Below are positions 46,901 through 55,723 of a DNA stretch of 64,000 nt, piece after piece. Made by a program: the position numbers and the translations under genes. Below the pieces are notes generated by a model. It was not told the origin of the DNA, made no database searches, and worked only from the letters and a program-made list of their open reading frames with translations. Position 1 is the first letter of the stretch. Each line of letters opens with the position of its first letter. Source of the DNA: Emiliania huxleyi CCMP1516 (Eukaryota); the NCBI RefSeq assembly GCF_000372725.1, contig NW_005202428.1, positions 2,469,791 to 2,533,790 of the forward strand, in the 5' to 3' direction.

Positions 46901-49900
46901 GCCCTGGTCGCGGGCGGTCGCCTGTGGGCGAGCCGGGAGAGCCGTCTCGACCACTCTGAGGCTCGCGAGTACATGGACTGGCGGGATCAGACGGGCTGGA
47001 AGCCAGACGCTCTGGAGAAGGCGGCTGCCACCTACCGTCCTCTCCCACACGCGCCCGAGGCGTGGGCTCACGCCGCTAGGGCCGGGTCGGGCGACCTCGG
47101 AGCTGCCGAGATGGCCAGGTATCCGGTGATGAGGGAGGAGGTCCGGTTAGCCATGACTGAGGGGGTCAGCGTCTCGACCGAGGCCGAGCTGGGCAGGTAC
47201 GAGGTCGCGCAGTACCCCTTCTCCTCCCTCCAGGCCGAGTCGCAGTGCGGCAGGGAGGTGGACCGGGCTCTGTTGGCCGGCCATCTCGAGCCCGTCCCTC
47301 TCTCGGAGTACGACCAGGTGCGCTGCGTGCATCCCTGGACCATCGTGGACCAGGGCGGCGGCAAACATCGAGCGTGTCAGTCGTACGACGTCGGCCTCAA
47401 CCGAGTGACGAGGACGGCTCCGTTTGCCCTCCCTTCGGCTTGGAACGTGGACCGGCTGCTCGGCCCGGATTCGCACTTTGTCAAGCATGACTTGCGCGAT
47501 GGGTTCTGGGGCGTGCGGATCAACCGCGCGTCTCGGAATCACTTTGTCCTGCGCCACCCTATCACGGGCATGCTTGTGCGCTGCACGAGCTTGCCGTTTG
47601 GCTGGGCGGACTCGCCGCGCATCTTCTGCGCCGTCACCGAGACCATCGCGGCTATGGTTCGGCGGCGCTGTGCGGGCCGCGGCGTGCACATTCTCGCGTA
47701 CGTAGACGACTTTTTGATCGTGGGTGACTCCGAGGAGGCGGCGCGCTATGGCGGCGCCGTCTTCGAGGCGGTCTGCCAGGAGATGGGCCTCGAGTGGGCG
47801 CCGCACAAGGCGCGAGGACCGTGCCGGTGCATCGAGTTCCTCGGGCTCCTCATCTGCAACTTCCCAGGCCGCCGATGCATCGCCCTGACCGAGGCGAGGC
47901 AGCAGAGGCTGCAGGGAATGATCACGGACTGGCTGTCGAGGCGCCGACTCGACGGGCGGCCGGCCGAGGCGGAGCCGGTCGAGTTGGCTCGCCTTCTCGG
48001 CCATATGGTCTTCGCCTCGCAGGTCATCCCCGGCGGGCGGACGTATATGCAGGGTACGCTCTCGCAGTTCCAGGGCCTCGAGGTCGACTGGAGACGTGGG
48101 AAGGTGCGGGTGGCGACGCCAGCGCCTGAGCGGCGTCGCCGTCCCGGCCCCACCCCTCGCTCTCCGTGGCGCCAGATCGAGCTGAGCGCGGACTTCTTCC
48201 GCGACCTCGAGTGGTGGTCGGCGATGCTGGCTCGGCGCAACTGCACCGATCTGGACCGGCGGCCTCGCGCCATCGCCGCTATCACAGGTACCGACGCGAG
48301 CGACTGGGGCACAGGCCAGCTCGCCTGGCTCGACGGCCAACGTGCCGAGGTGCAGCTGCAGTTCAGCCCGGTCGAGCAGGCGTGGTCCATCAACGCTCGA
48401 GAGCTGTTCGGCATCCTCCGGGTCGTCCAGTTCTACGGCGAGCAGCTTCAGGGCAGCGCGGTGCTGGTCGAGGGCGACAACACCGCCGCCATCGGCGCCG
48501 CGCAGAACCAGGCGTCGACGGCGGTGTCGATGCAGGAGACGCTGCGCCGGCTGCTCGAGACGGCGGAGAGGTGGGACATCGAGCTCCGCTTCGTCCACAC
48601 GCCGGGCGTGCTCCTCCACCGGCCCGACCAAACCTCGAGAGGCGATCCCATCGAGGAGCCGCGGGTGCGGCTAGCGGCGGCGGAGTTCGCCGCCATCGAG
48701 CGCCTGACGGGACGTTTCACCGAGTTCGTGGGCGCCGAGAGGCGACACGCCGCCGCCGAGGTCGGGGCGCAGCACAAGTGCCCGGGTGGAGGCAGCCCCC
48801 AATCCCCAGGTGGTGAGGATGGGTGCGTCGGTGGCGGGCTGGCCGCCACAGTCGCGGGCGGCAAGCCGCCTCCCCACCTCTGGGTGCACCCCACGCACAG
48901 CACGGTGGGCTCCGCCCTGCGGCGTGTGGGGGAGCGACTTTCAGAGGCGGGCGGTCAGAGGATCAGTGGAGTCGTGGTGGTACCGGACGCACCAAACGCA
49001 GGCTGGTCTCGGCTGCTTCGCCATTTTTCAATATTGGGACGCTATGCCGTCGATGATGGCCCTCAGACCCGGGGGGAGGGGGTAGTCGAGATGCAGCAGA
49101 TGGGGAGATTCGTCAGCTGTCGAGTCCGGCGCCCGACGCTCATCCTGTCTTTTCCCCGGGCGTCAGGCGCGACGCCGGCGCTCCTCCCTTGCGGCCGGCC
49201 ACAGGTCATGATGGCCGGCTCGTTCCTCTGGAGCCCTCCGGGGCCGAAGGCTAAGTCGACGGAGAGAGGCAACCTCGTCCAGGTCGCCTCCACCTTCGAC
49301 CCGTCGGCGGTCGAGCCCGACCGCGGCGGATGGCCCATCGCAGTGGCCGAGCTCTTGGGCGTGCGCGGGAAGCTGCGTACCTTCGAGCTCCTGGACGGCA
49401 GCGCGCGCGGCGGGTGCAGCTACTATGACGGCTCGACTCGCTCGCCATGGGAGTACAACAGTTCGGACCTCGCCAACTACTGGCTCGTCAACGACTTCGT
49501 CACTCGGGAGGATCCCTCGGGCGCCGGGGTCGTAGGCCGCTTCTCCTTCGATTGGAAGGCGGCCGTGCAGCAGCTGGAGAGGTGGCGGGCGCAGAGCGCC
49601 ACGGGCGGTGCCACCCCGCCGACCGACGGCGACGCCACGCTAGCCGAGGCGATTGGGGGCTTGCGGGTCGACGAGGGCGGCAACTCTCCAGACGACGCCT
49701 TGAAGCTGGCTCGTGCCTCAGCGGACGAGGCAGCAGCGGCGCGGAGGCGCGTCGTGCCGAACGCCGCTCCAGCTGCCAGCTCGAAGGACCGAGAGCCGTC
49801 GGTCTCGGGCGCCGTCCAGCACTGCCAGAGCCGCGGCATGACATGCGCGGGCTGTGGAGTTGTGTTTGGGCTGGGCGCCAAGATCGAGCCGCGTGGCGCC

Positions 49901-51622
49901 GGCTTCGTACACGCCGGCCGTGACGAATGCGGCCGAGCCGCCGACGAGAAGGCTCCGGCTGTCATCGAGTCGGTGAGCCGGAGGGAGGCGTCCCTCGAGA
50001 CGGTCCTGGGCGCCGGACGTGTCGAGACGGCGCTCAAGTGCCTCCAAGGGGGGTGCAGTGCCACAGGCGACAAGTACATCTGTGGACGCTGCGGCTCCTA
50101 CGGGCTCCACCGCGAGTGCGCGGGCTTGTCGAAATACCAGGTCGAGCCGGGACAGCTCGTCTGTGCCGTGTGCAGGGCCGAAGCCATGACGCCGGACGGC
50201 CACTCACCCACCGACCTCGTCCTCCGACGCGCCGCTCGGACGATGCTCGCCGAGCTGGGCACCAAGGCGTCCTCCACGTCGAAGAACCACGCGGAGTTCA
50301 CCCGTCTCGAGGAGGTGTGGGCTACGAGTATGGGCGGCGGCGTCGTCCTGCCCCGCTACCGTGTCGAGTCGATGCTCGAGTTTATCAACTGGCTCGCGAT
50401 GGACTCCGGCCGCGCTCGCTCGTTCGAGACGATCCTGAGGGCGGCGGGCGGAGTCATCGCCAAGACCACCGCCAACGGCATAATGTCCGACCCCCGGGTG
50501 AAGGCGCTCCGCGCGAGGATGGTCAGCCTGATCGGCGAGCTCGCGCAGCCGTGCACGCACACCACGCGCAAGCTCGCTCGACTCGTTCTCGACGAGACGC
50601 TCAAGACGTGCTGCACCGGCGCCAAGGCGGAGGCAGTCTACTCGAGTCATCGCGTCATGTTCCTCCTTGAGGTGATGATGGGGTTGCGGCTCGGCGAGAC
50701 GACGGGCCGCCAGCACGGCGTCGCCGCCTGCGACGTGTGGATCGTCAACCCGCTCTCAGAGCGATGTGCCGAGATGGGGACGACTGTTGCCGCCCACCTC
50801 GAGTCCACGAAGACGGCCCAGGGGAAGGGCCGGTGGGCTCACTGTGTGGGCACGTCACTCACCTCTGAGTTCAGCCTCGAGTCTGCCGTGCGGGATCTGT
50901 GGCGTGTGCAGGGGCACTCGACCGAGACGGTCACGGTGGACGGCTTCAAGGTGGAGCGGCCGGACTACTCTGTCGTGCAGCTGCGTGTCGGGGCGAGCCT
51001 GCCAGACGGCGCTTTCGACACCTTCGTCGGGGCCCTCGGCCGGCTGCCGAGTGACCACCCGCTCCGGCCAGCGGCCAAATACCTTGGCCGCACCGCGACT
51101 CAGAAGAGGAGGGCGGCGACCATCGAGGAGGGCGATCGGTACGTCAACCTCGTTGGGGGAGCCAAGGGTTCTGCCAGACTCCGCGCTGCCAGCGAGTGGT
51201 TGGCGGGACTGGGGCTCACCCAGTACGCCGCCGTCGTCAAAGGCCCGCTCATCCGGGCGACAGACGGCGGGCGCCTCACCGATACTCCGCTAGAGACTGG
51301 CTCGTCATATAGCCATTCTACGAAAGCGCTCAAGCTCGCGTACGAGCTCCTCCGCGAGCGCGACGAGGAGGACCTCGAGCTTGCGATTGAGGAGGACGAG
51401 GCGGGCAACCCGATCGTCAAGTTTGCCCACCATTCGAACCGACGGTTCTCGGACAAGGTGGCGCGGGACACGAGCGATGTCACGGGCGCTACCATCACAG
51501 ACATCGACTGCATCTTCGGCTGGAACGAGCAGGAGCGAGAGAGGTCGATGCAGCAGCACTACGCCGGCCTCGATCTCGCCTCGCGCATCGAGCGGCTCGC
51601 GCGAGTGACTATGATGGTGTAG
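43955..51622 (+). CDS. pol: ORF2 polyprotein: 60-aa repeats / C5-DNMT / RT / RNase H / degenerate adenine-MTase-like / PHD / tyrosine recombinase
   Basis: DNMT: ELFCGSGG, SPPC, ENV, RPRLF, LAQSIPP (45608-46285). RT: HDLRDGFW, LPFGW, YVDD (47699-47710). RNase H: TDAS, INAREL, EGDN. PHD: C4HC3 (50039-50173). YR: GLRLGE, HSNR, FGW, HY. Confidence 0.95.
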   Translation: MAARAYEERADARNRVAPSLIPARAARRFSVFPPHRGGGASPPPHQGEAGVSSPGCGRVFGASSVVVVRPSDRVLESALSPVVSTRTVDDGPAPAEAEGEEENRRANIDWAGCPAIADSAPPKRPALSQLVLGCSQLHAPRGVASRPPAAPPPSGVAGISATSGERADEEAIGDGGSRRLQEQSAWAGIGLAADERAVAAAGLILSQWRRSVTLRTERVGALRTERGGAGRLLDRAAGRLPGDCALAGIGLAADERAVAAAGLIRSRWQRWVLLRTERAEALRTGRGGAGRLPNRAAGRLPGDCALAGIGLAADERAVAAAGLIRSRWQRWMTLRTERAEALRTGRGGAGRLPDRAAGRPPGDSMSAEAWARGGASFADVDRPELDSVVRARAAGLLQRRWRSRGPPGTGRAPGIGCGRERPLAEPLPTWVTRLVVSAQRRWRRGRLTSIEVGWDRRRAHALGALEAHVRFMQHVVRSSIRLGRWRRGGMRGVPLALRWLRRERPPSCGGGRNLASDEDFAAQRALAEEWMGWYDNYVAILRRLQSGETPGILELFCGSGGGSEGTRRSGGRSHGVDLYDMPEYIDRFGPEAFTRGDAIDHALIGFLRHQHRALAAFASPPCKEYSTARDARTPAKQPGLIDHTRDMLRGQFKYWSIENVAGARKAMKDAVELRGSLFGLKVARPRLFESSFELVVDRAVAEPAARLAKRCCLGQRRRWRRRDSFGRPVGPCCGGNIFSPLGEHPMRCSVEQCADAMGIDVGHMSYPRLAQSIPPDYNRLRYAQCCAAIAKDRFGVPFISFDEMRRRPAWAKREIARWLRGAGDAEPAAALEWQGRAAAPERAEAPQTAPAGAGCDGERTFTDEELVFRELFYSYVGGFDQQRVDGEVKAGWLDELLPNRRLDRLEAGSLTGHNTYLDVPGPELEAAWPAIEAALAAPATSVVVRVDRDVAERWRERGFSPPDVPASYWRGGAPSPGLASRPALVAGGRLWASRESRLDHSEAREYMDWRDQTGWKPDALEKAAATYRPLPHAPEAWAHAARAGSGDLGAAEMARYPVMREEVRLAMTEGVSVSTEAELGRYEVAQYPFSSLQAESQCGREVDRALLAGHLEPVPLSEYDQVRCVHPWTIVDQGGGKHRACQSYDVGLNRVTRTAPFALPSAWNVDRLLGPDSHFVKHDLRDGFWGVRINRASRNHFVLRHPITGMLVRCTSLPFGWADSPRIFCAVTETIAAMVRRRCAGRGVHILAYVDDFLIVGDSEEAARYGGAVFEAVCQEMGLEWAPHKARGPCRCIEFLGLLICNFPGRRCIALTEARQQRLQGMITDWLSRRRLDGRPAEAEPVELARLLGHMVFASQVIPGGRTYMQGTLSQFQGLEVDWRRGKVRVATPAPERRRRPGPTPRSPWRQIELSADFFRDLEWWSAMLARRNCTDLDRRPRAIAAITGTDASDWGTGQLAWLDGQRAEVQLQFSPVEQAWSINARELFGILRVVQFYGEQLQGSAVLVEGDNTAAIGAAQNQASTAVSMQETLRRLLETAERWDIELRFVHTPGVLLHRPDQTSRGDPIEEPRVRLAAAEFAAIERLTGRFTEFVGAERRHAAAEVGAQHKCPGGGSPQSPGGEDGCVGGGLAATVAGGKPPPHLWVHPTHSTVGSALRRVGERLSEAGGQRISGVVVVPDAPNAGWSRLLRHFSILGRYAVDDGPQTRGEGVVEMQQMGRFVSCRVRRPTLILSFPRASGATPALLPCGRPQVMMAGSFLWSPPGPKAKSTERGNLVQVASTFDPSAVEPDRGGWPIAVAELLGVRGKLRTFELLDGSARGGCSYYDGSTRSPWEYNSSDLANYWLVNDFVTREDPSGAGVVGRFSFDWKAAVQQLERWRAQSATGGATPPTDGDATLAEAIGGLRVDEGGNSPDDALKLARASADEAAAARRRVVPNAAPAASSKDREPSVSGAVQHCQSRGMTCAGCGVVFGLGAKIEPRGAGFVHAGRDECGRAADEKAPAVIESVSRREASLETVLGAGRVETALKCLQGGCSATGDKYICGRCGSYGLHRECAGLSKYQVEPGQLVCAVCRAEAMTPDGHSPTDLVLRRAARTMLAELGTKASSTSKNHAEFTRLEEVWATSMGGGVVLPRYRVESMLEFINWLAMDSGRARSFETILRAAGGVIAKTTANGIMSDPRVKALRARMVSLIGELAQPCTHTTRKLARLVLDETLKTCCTGAKAEAVYSSHRVMFLLEVMMGLRLGETTGRQHGVAACDVWIVNPLSERCAEMGTTVAAHLESTKTAQGKGRWAHCVGTSLTSEFSLESAVRDLWRVQGHSTETVTVDGFKVERPDYSVVQLRVGASLPDGAFDTFVGALGRLPSDHPLRPAAKYLGRTATQKRRAATIEEGDRYVNLVGGAKGSARLRAASEWLAGLGLTQYAAVVKGPLIRATDGGRLTDTPLETGSSYSHSTKALKLAYELLRERDEEDLELAIEEDEAGNPIVKFAHHSNRRFSDKVARDTSDVTGATITDIDCIFGWNEQERERSMQQHYAGLDLASRIERLARVTMMV
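44512..45044 (+). repeat. Three 180-bp in-frame tandem repeats in the ORF2 N-terminus
   Basis: GGCCGGGATCGGCCTCGCCGCCGACGAGAGAGCCG at 44512, 44692 and 44872. Confidence 0.92.
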
Positions 51623-51678
51623 TGGCTGAGGGGCTGTGGGGCAGGGCTCGAGATCATGTTCTACGATGGATGGCGATG

Positions 51679-51840
51679 GGGGTTGGTCCTGCAACGGTGT
51701 CTCGTGCGGAGCAGTGGTGTGCTGTCGCGCGAGGGTTGCAGGCGTGAGGGTCGAGGGTACCTTTTCCCCCCTTTGCTATTAACAATGCTTTGGAATCTAT
51801 GAACATGACCTCGAGTGGAGCCCCAGTCCTCGACAGGCTC
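51679..51840 (+). repeat. Split direct repeat B1 (162 bp)
   Basis: Appears identical to 52126-52287 and abuts A2 directly. Confidence 0.95.
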
Positions 51841-52087
51841 ATGACGATCGGCCGTCGATCCCGAAGGGTCGTCGGTTGAGCTAGGGAGCCTGGCGATGGA
51901 CGCCACCGCGACCCCTCGTGGCATCTCTCTCGCCGTCGGCGAGCCGGGGGCTCGCAGACGGCCGACTTTCTATATAACCAGTAGGACAGCCGTGAGTGTG
52001 AATCGGATAAGGAGTTTGCGTCCGTCCACCGTCTTCGTGGACGTCTGTCCTCGTGACACCCACACCCCACACGGCCTGTTTTGCTTC
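51841..52087 (+). repeat. Split direct repeat A2 (247 bp)
   Basis: Copy of 42363-42609. Confidence 0.95.
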
Positions 52088-52125
52088 CCCACCCACCCTC
52101 CCTATTGTGTGCGCTGTCGCGTTTT

Positions 52126-52287
52126 GGGGTTGGTCCTGCAACGGTGTCTCGTGCGGAGCAGTGGTGTGCTGTCGCGCGAGGGTTGCAGGCGTGAGGGTCG
52201 AGGGTACCTTTTCCCCCCTTTGCTATTAACAATGCTTTGGAATCTATGAACATGACCTCGAGTGGAGCCCCAGTCCTCGACAGGCTC
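52126..52287 (+). repeat. Split direct repeat B2 (162 bp), right end of the element
   Basis: Copy of 51679-51840; separated from A2 by a unique 38-bp spacer. Confidence 0.95.
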
Positions 52288-53376
52288 ACACGTACGTACG
52301 AACCATGGTACGAACAAAAGCCGTTCTTGCCCCGCCGCGGTACGTTTACACGCGCCTGAAAGCGATAACTCGGGCGCCGTTCAAATTAAACCCAACATGC
52401 AACAACTGCACGCGCTCAAATTAAAACATCAGAAAGTCAGGACCTTAAATACGAGCGTCATTTTGTATGCCCACCCACCCTTGTTCGTGGGGACCCCCCC
52501 GCCGGTCGGTGGCCTGCCCCCGAGGTGGACCGGACCCCCCCTCCGGTCGGTCGCTCTCTCGGCGGCGGGAGGTGTGACGACCGACCCCCCCCTCGGTCGG
52601 TGTCCTTGCCGTGAGCCCCCTCAAACGCTCTCTCTCCCTCCTTCTCGCCATGCCGCCACGGGCGCTTCGAAATCGCCGGTTTTCACTATGAAAACTAGTT
52701 ACGCAGCCAAGCGCCAAGGAGACTTCTTCGCCGAGGCCCGAGCAAGCCCGACCCCACACATATGTGGAGCATCTACGCAGTCGCAGGCGGCCTGGTCCTG
52801 CTTGCCGTCTCGCTTTGTACAAGCTCTGGTCGCGCTCAAGCGGCTCGTCAACGGGTACAGTGTGTCGCCGGCGAAGCTAATCGTATGGACGACGACGACC
52901 AGAGTGTGGACATGGACCAGCTCGTGTTCCGACCCAATCCTGAGCGTCTCGGTCTCGTGTCTCGAGCTCAGCCGCCACTCGGACGACGATCGACGAGGAG
53001 TGATTAGACGGGGAGTGAGAGCGAGAGGGCGCTTGGTCTCTGTATTTCGAGATACTAATTTATTCACAGCTGCGGCGAGCGTGTGCGGTGTGTGTGACCC
53101 TCGAGCCAACCCGACCGACCCCCCCTCGGTCTGCGCTCCGAGCGACCGACCGGACCCCCCCTCCGGGCCGTCCGGTCTGCGGTCTTCCGCGGCCCGCGTC
53201 GACCCCGGACCCCCCCCCTGCGGTCGGTCGGTCTCTGCGCTGGGCGCTCAAACCGCAAACTCGGCCTGTTCACTACAAGATGACGCTCGTATAACTAGGA
53301 CATTTTAATCACACACATCACGTCTGAAGAAAATAGGTGGGCGCACACTAATACAAAAATGAAGCTGTGGCTCCCG

Positions 53377-55283
53377 CTAAATGGACCCGAAGGCCCCGGT
53401 AAACGACCCAAAGAGAGCGGTGTCCTTGGTAATGGCGAGGAGCGGACCCGACTCCTCGATCGAGTCTGCAAACTTCTCGTAGTGCGAAGTGTCGTCGCTG
53501 GAGGACACGTCCGGCGCAATGTACGGCTCCATGGTCTTGTTGTACAGCGCCGCCCAGTTGAGCCCGCGGTACCACTTTTGCTTCTTGATCTCCTCCGCGC
53601 CCCCGCCGTTCTTCGTGCTGCCGATGCGCTTTGTGCGGTCGGCGGTGAGGAGCTTGCGAATCAGCTCCTTGGCGGTGGGCTCAAAGTGGCGCGGGCACTC
53701 GTGCCTGCCCGAGGGGAGCCGAGGAGAGCCGAGGTGAGCCGATGCGAGCCGAGGTGAGCGGCTCCTGTAGATGGTGTCGCGCCTCCCCGCGAGGATCTTT
53801 TGGTAAATGCCGAAGGGCGAGTCGTCAAAGAAGGGGGGGTAGCCCGCCTGGGGGGGAGGGGAGGAGCACCGCCGGAGGGGGTGGGAGTGCGACCCCCCCT
53901 GTGAGCCGGACACCGCCGACTCCGAGCGCTCCGCCAACCGCCTGCGGGAGGAGTGGGTGGGTCGCATCTAGGGGCAGCCCGCCAGCATCTCGTAGATGAC
54001 GATGCCGAGCGCCCACCAGTCGACCGCAAAGTTGTGCCTGGGAAAGAAAAGGGGGCGCCGGACTCACAGAAAGCGGTGAGCCGCGCGCGCCGTCGAGTGC
54101 TGCGTCGCCCCCCCTGGACTGGATGATCTCCGGCTAGATCTCGGCCAGATCTCGGCCAGATCTCGGCTAGATCTCGGCTAGAGTCGCGCCCCTTGGACTG
54201 GATGATCTCCGGCGCGAGGTACTCGGGCGTGCCTACAGGGAGGGAGAGAGGCACGCAGTCACAACACGCAGCCACCGGCAGGCAGGCTCGGCTCCTCACC
54301 CGCTGCAGAGATCTCCCCGCAGGCACAGCTCTCCCGAGGTGCTCTGTGCGAGGTGCTCTCGCGTGCCGCACAGAGTGCGGGTGCGGTCCTCTCGGGCGAT
54401 CTCGGGCGATCTCGGGCGATCTCGGGCGTGCCGCAGAGAGTCCAGGTGCGGTCCGCCACGCGCTTGGCGAACCCGAAGTCGACCAGCTTGAGGAAGCCGC
54501 GCCTGAGCAGCGGGGCGGAGCAGCGGGGGCGGAGCAGCGGGGGCGGGTGACTCGCGGGCGAGGGCGAGGAGAGAAGGGAGGGAGGCGAGGGGAGGTGCGG
54601 CCGGATCTCTCGGCGGATCTCGGCGGATCTCGGCCGGATCTCGCCCGTCGAGCAGCAGGTTCTCCGGCTTGAGGTCGCGGTACACGACGCCGATCCCGTG
54701 CAAGTGCTGCACCGCCATCACGGCCTGCGCGAGAGGCAGCAAAGATGCAGCAAAGAGGCAGCAAAGATGCAGCCGAGAGGCAGCCGAGAGGCAGCCGAGC
54801 AGCCGAGAGGCAGCCGAGAGGCAGCCGAGAGGCAGCCGAGAGGCAGCCGAGAGGCAGCCGAGAGGCAGCCGAGAGGCAGCCGAGAGGCAGCCGAGAGGCA
54901 GCCGAGAGGCAGCCGAGAGGCAGCCGAGAGGCAGCCGAGAGGCAGCCGAGAGGCAGCCGAGAGGCAGCCGAGGCCGTGCAGGCGCTGTCGTCGCCTGCGC
55001 GGCGTAGAAGCGCGCGCCCTCGTTGGAGAAGCGCGCGGCCTAAGGGACGGGGACACGTCCGCGACACGTCCGCGACACGTCCGCGACACGCCCGAGCGGC
55101 GCCCCTCTGTGTGTGGGGGGTGGCGGTGTAGCTGGCGGCCGCCTTGCGGAGGTGGGAGAAGAGCTCTCCGCCAGGCACGTACTCGAGCAGCATGTACAGG
55201 CTCCTCTCGTCCTGAGTATAACATAATATAATATAATATATAATAGTACTCGAGCAGCATGTACAGGCTCCTCTCGTCCTGAG
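53377..55283 (-). CDS. cAMP-dependent protein kinase catalytic subunit-like (AGC kinase), 5' part lost in gap; copy 1
   Basis: [66 protein letters not shown]-tail DDTSHYEKF. Confidence 0.93.
54769..54972. repeat. 11-nt intronic minisatellite (GCAGCCGAGAG)n
   Basis: About 18 units here versus about 9 units at 63307-63410. Confidence 0.9.
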
Positions 55284-55410
55284 GGGAGAGGCGGCACAGC
55301 TGGCCGCCCTAGCTCACCGCCCTCCCTCCCGCCTCTTGTGTGACGTCGGCGAGTGCTGTCTCGCTCTCGGGCGGCTCGCGCGGGCTCCTCTCGTCTGGAA
55401 GGCGTGTCTC

Positions 55411-55544
55411 CATGTGCATGTGCGTGTGCATGTGCATGTGCATGTGCATGTGCATGTGCATGTGCATGTGCATGTGCATGTGCATGTGCATGTGCATGTG
55501 CATGTGTCGCGGAGAGAGCGAAGAGAAGGAGAGAGAGGGAGTGG

Positions 55545-55604
<60 letters not shown>

Positions 55605-55621
55605 CAGAGAGAGAGAGAGAG
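55411..55621. repeat. Compound microsatellite (TGCATG)n/(CAGA)n/(GA)n adjoining an assembly gap
   Basis: Directly visible; the equivalent tract is at 63841-64000. Confidence 0.95.
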
Positions 55622-55723
55622 NNNNNNNNNNNNNNNNNNNNNNNNNNNNNNNNNNNNNNNNNNNNNNNNNNNNNNNNNNNNNNNNNNNNNNNNNNNNNNN
55701 NNNNNNNNNNNNNNNNNNNNNCT

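Larger units (their letters stand above)
42363..52287 (+). mobile_element. Tyrosine-recombinase (DIRS-order, PAT/Ngaro-type split-direct-repeat) retrotransposon carrying a C5 cytosine methyltransferase
   Basis: A1-gag-pol-B1-A2-B2 layout; RT, RNase H and YR motifs. Boundaries are confirmed by the empty site at 60836 in the duplicated flank. Confidence 0.96.

Noticed and set aside
47147..48631. 494-aa antisense ORF over RT/RNase H (also 44432-45787 and 10436-11461)
   Set aside because: Shadow ORFs expected from high GC3 codon usage on the sense strand; no motifs.
42363..52087. Reading the A repeats as LTRs of a Gypsy/Copia element
   Set aside because: No TG..CA termini, TSD, protease or DDE integrase; the extra B repeats and the YR domain indicate the DIRS order.
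52262..53308. 348-aa ORF (copy at 60945-61856) and nested 81-aa ORF 52762-53007
   Set aside because: No recognisable domain, and it runs through GGTCGGT/ACCGACC repeat clusters. Conservation between copies is uninformative because the copies are near-identical.
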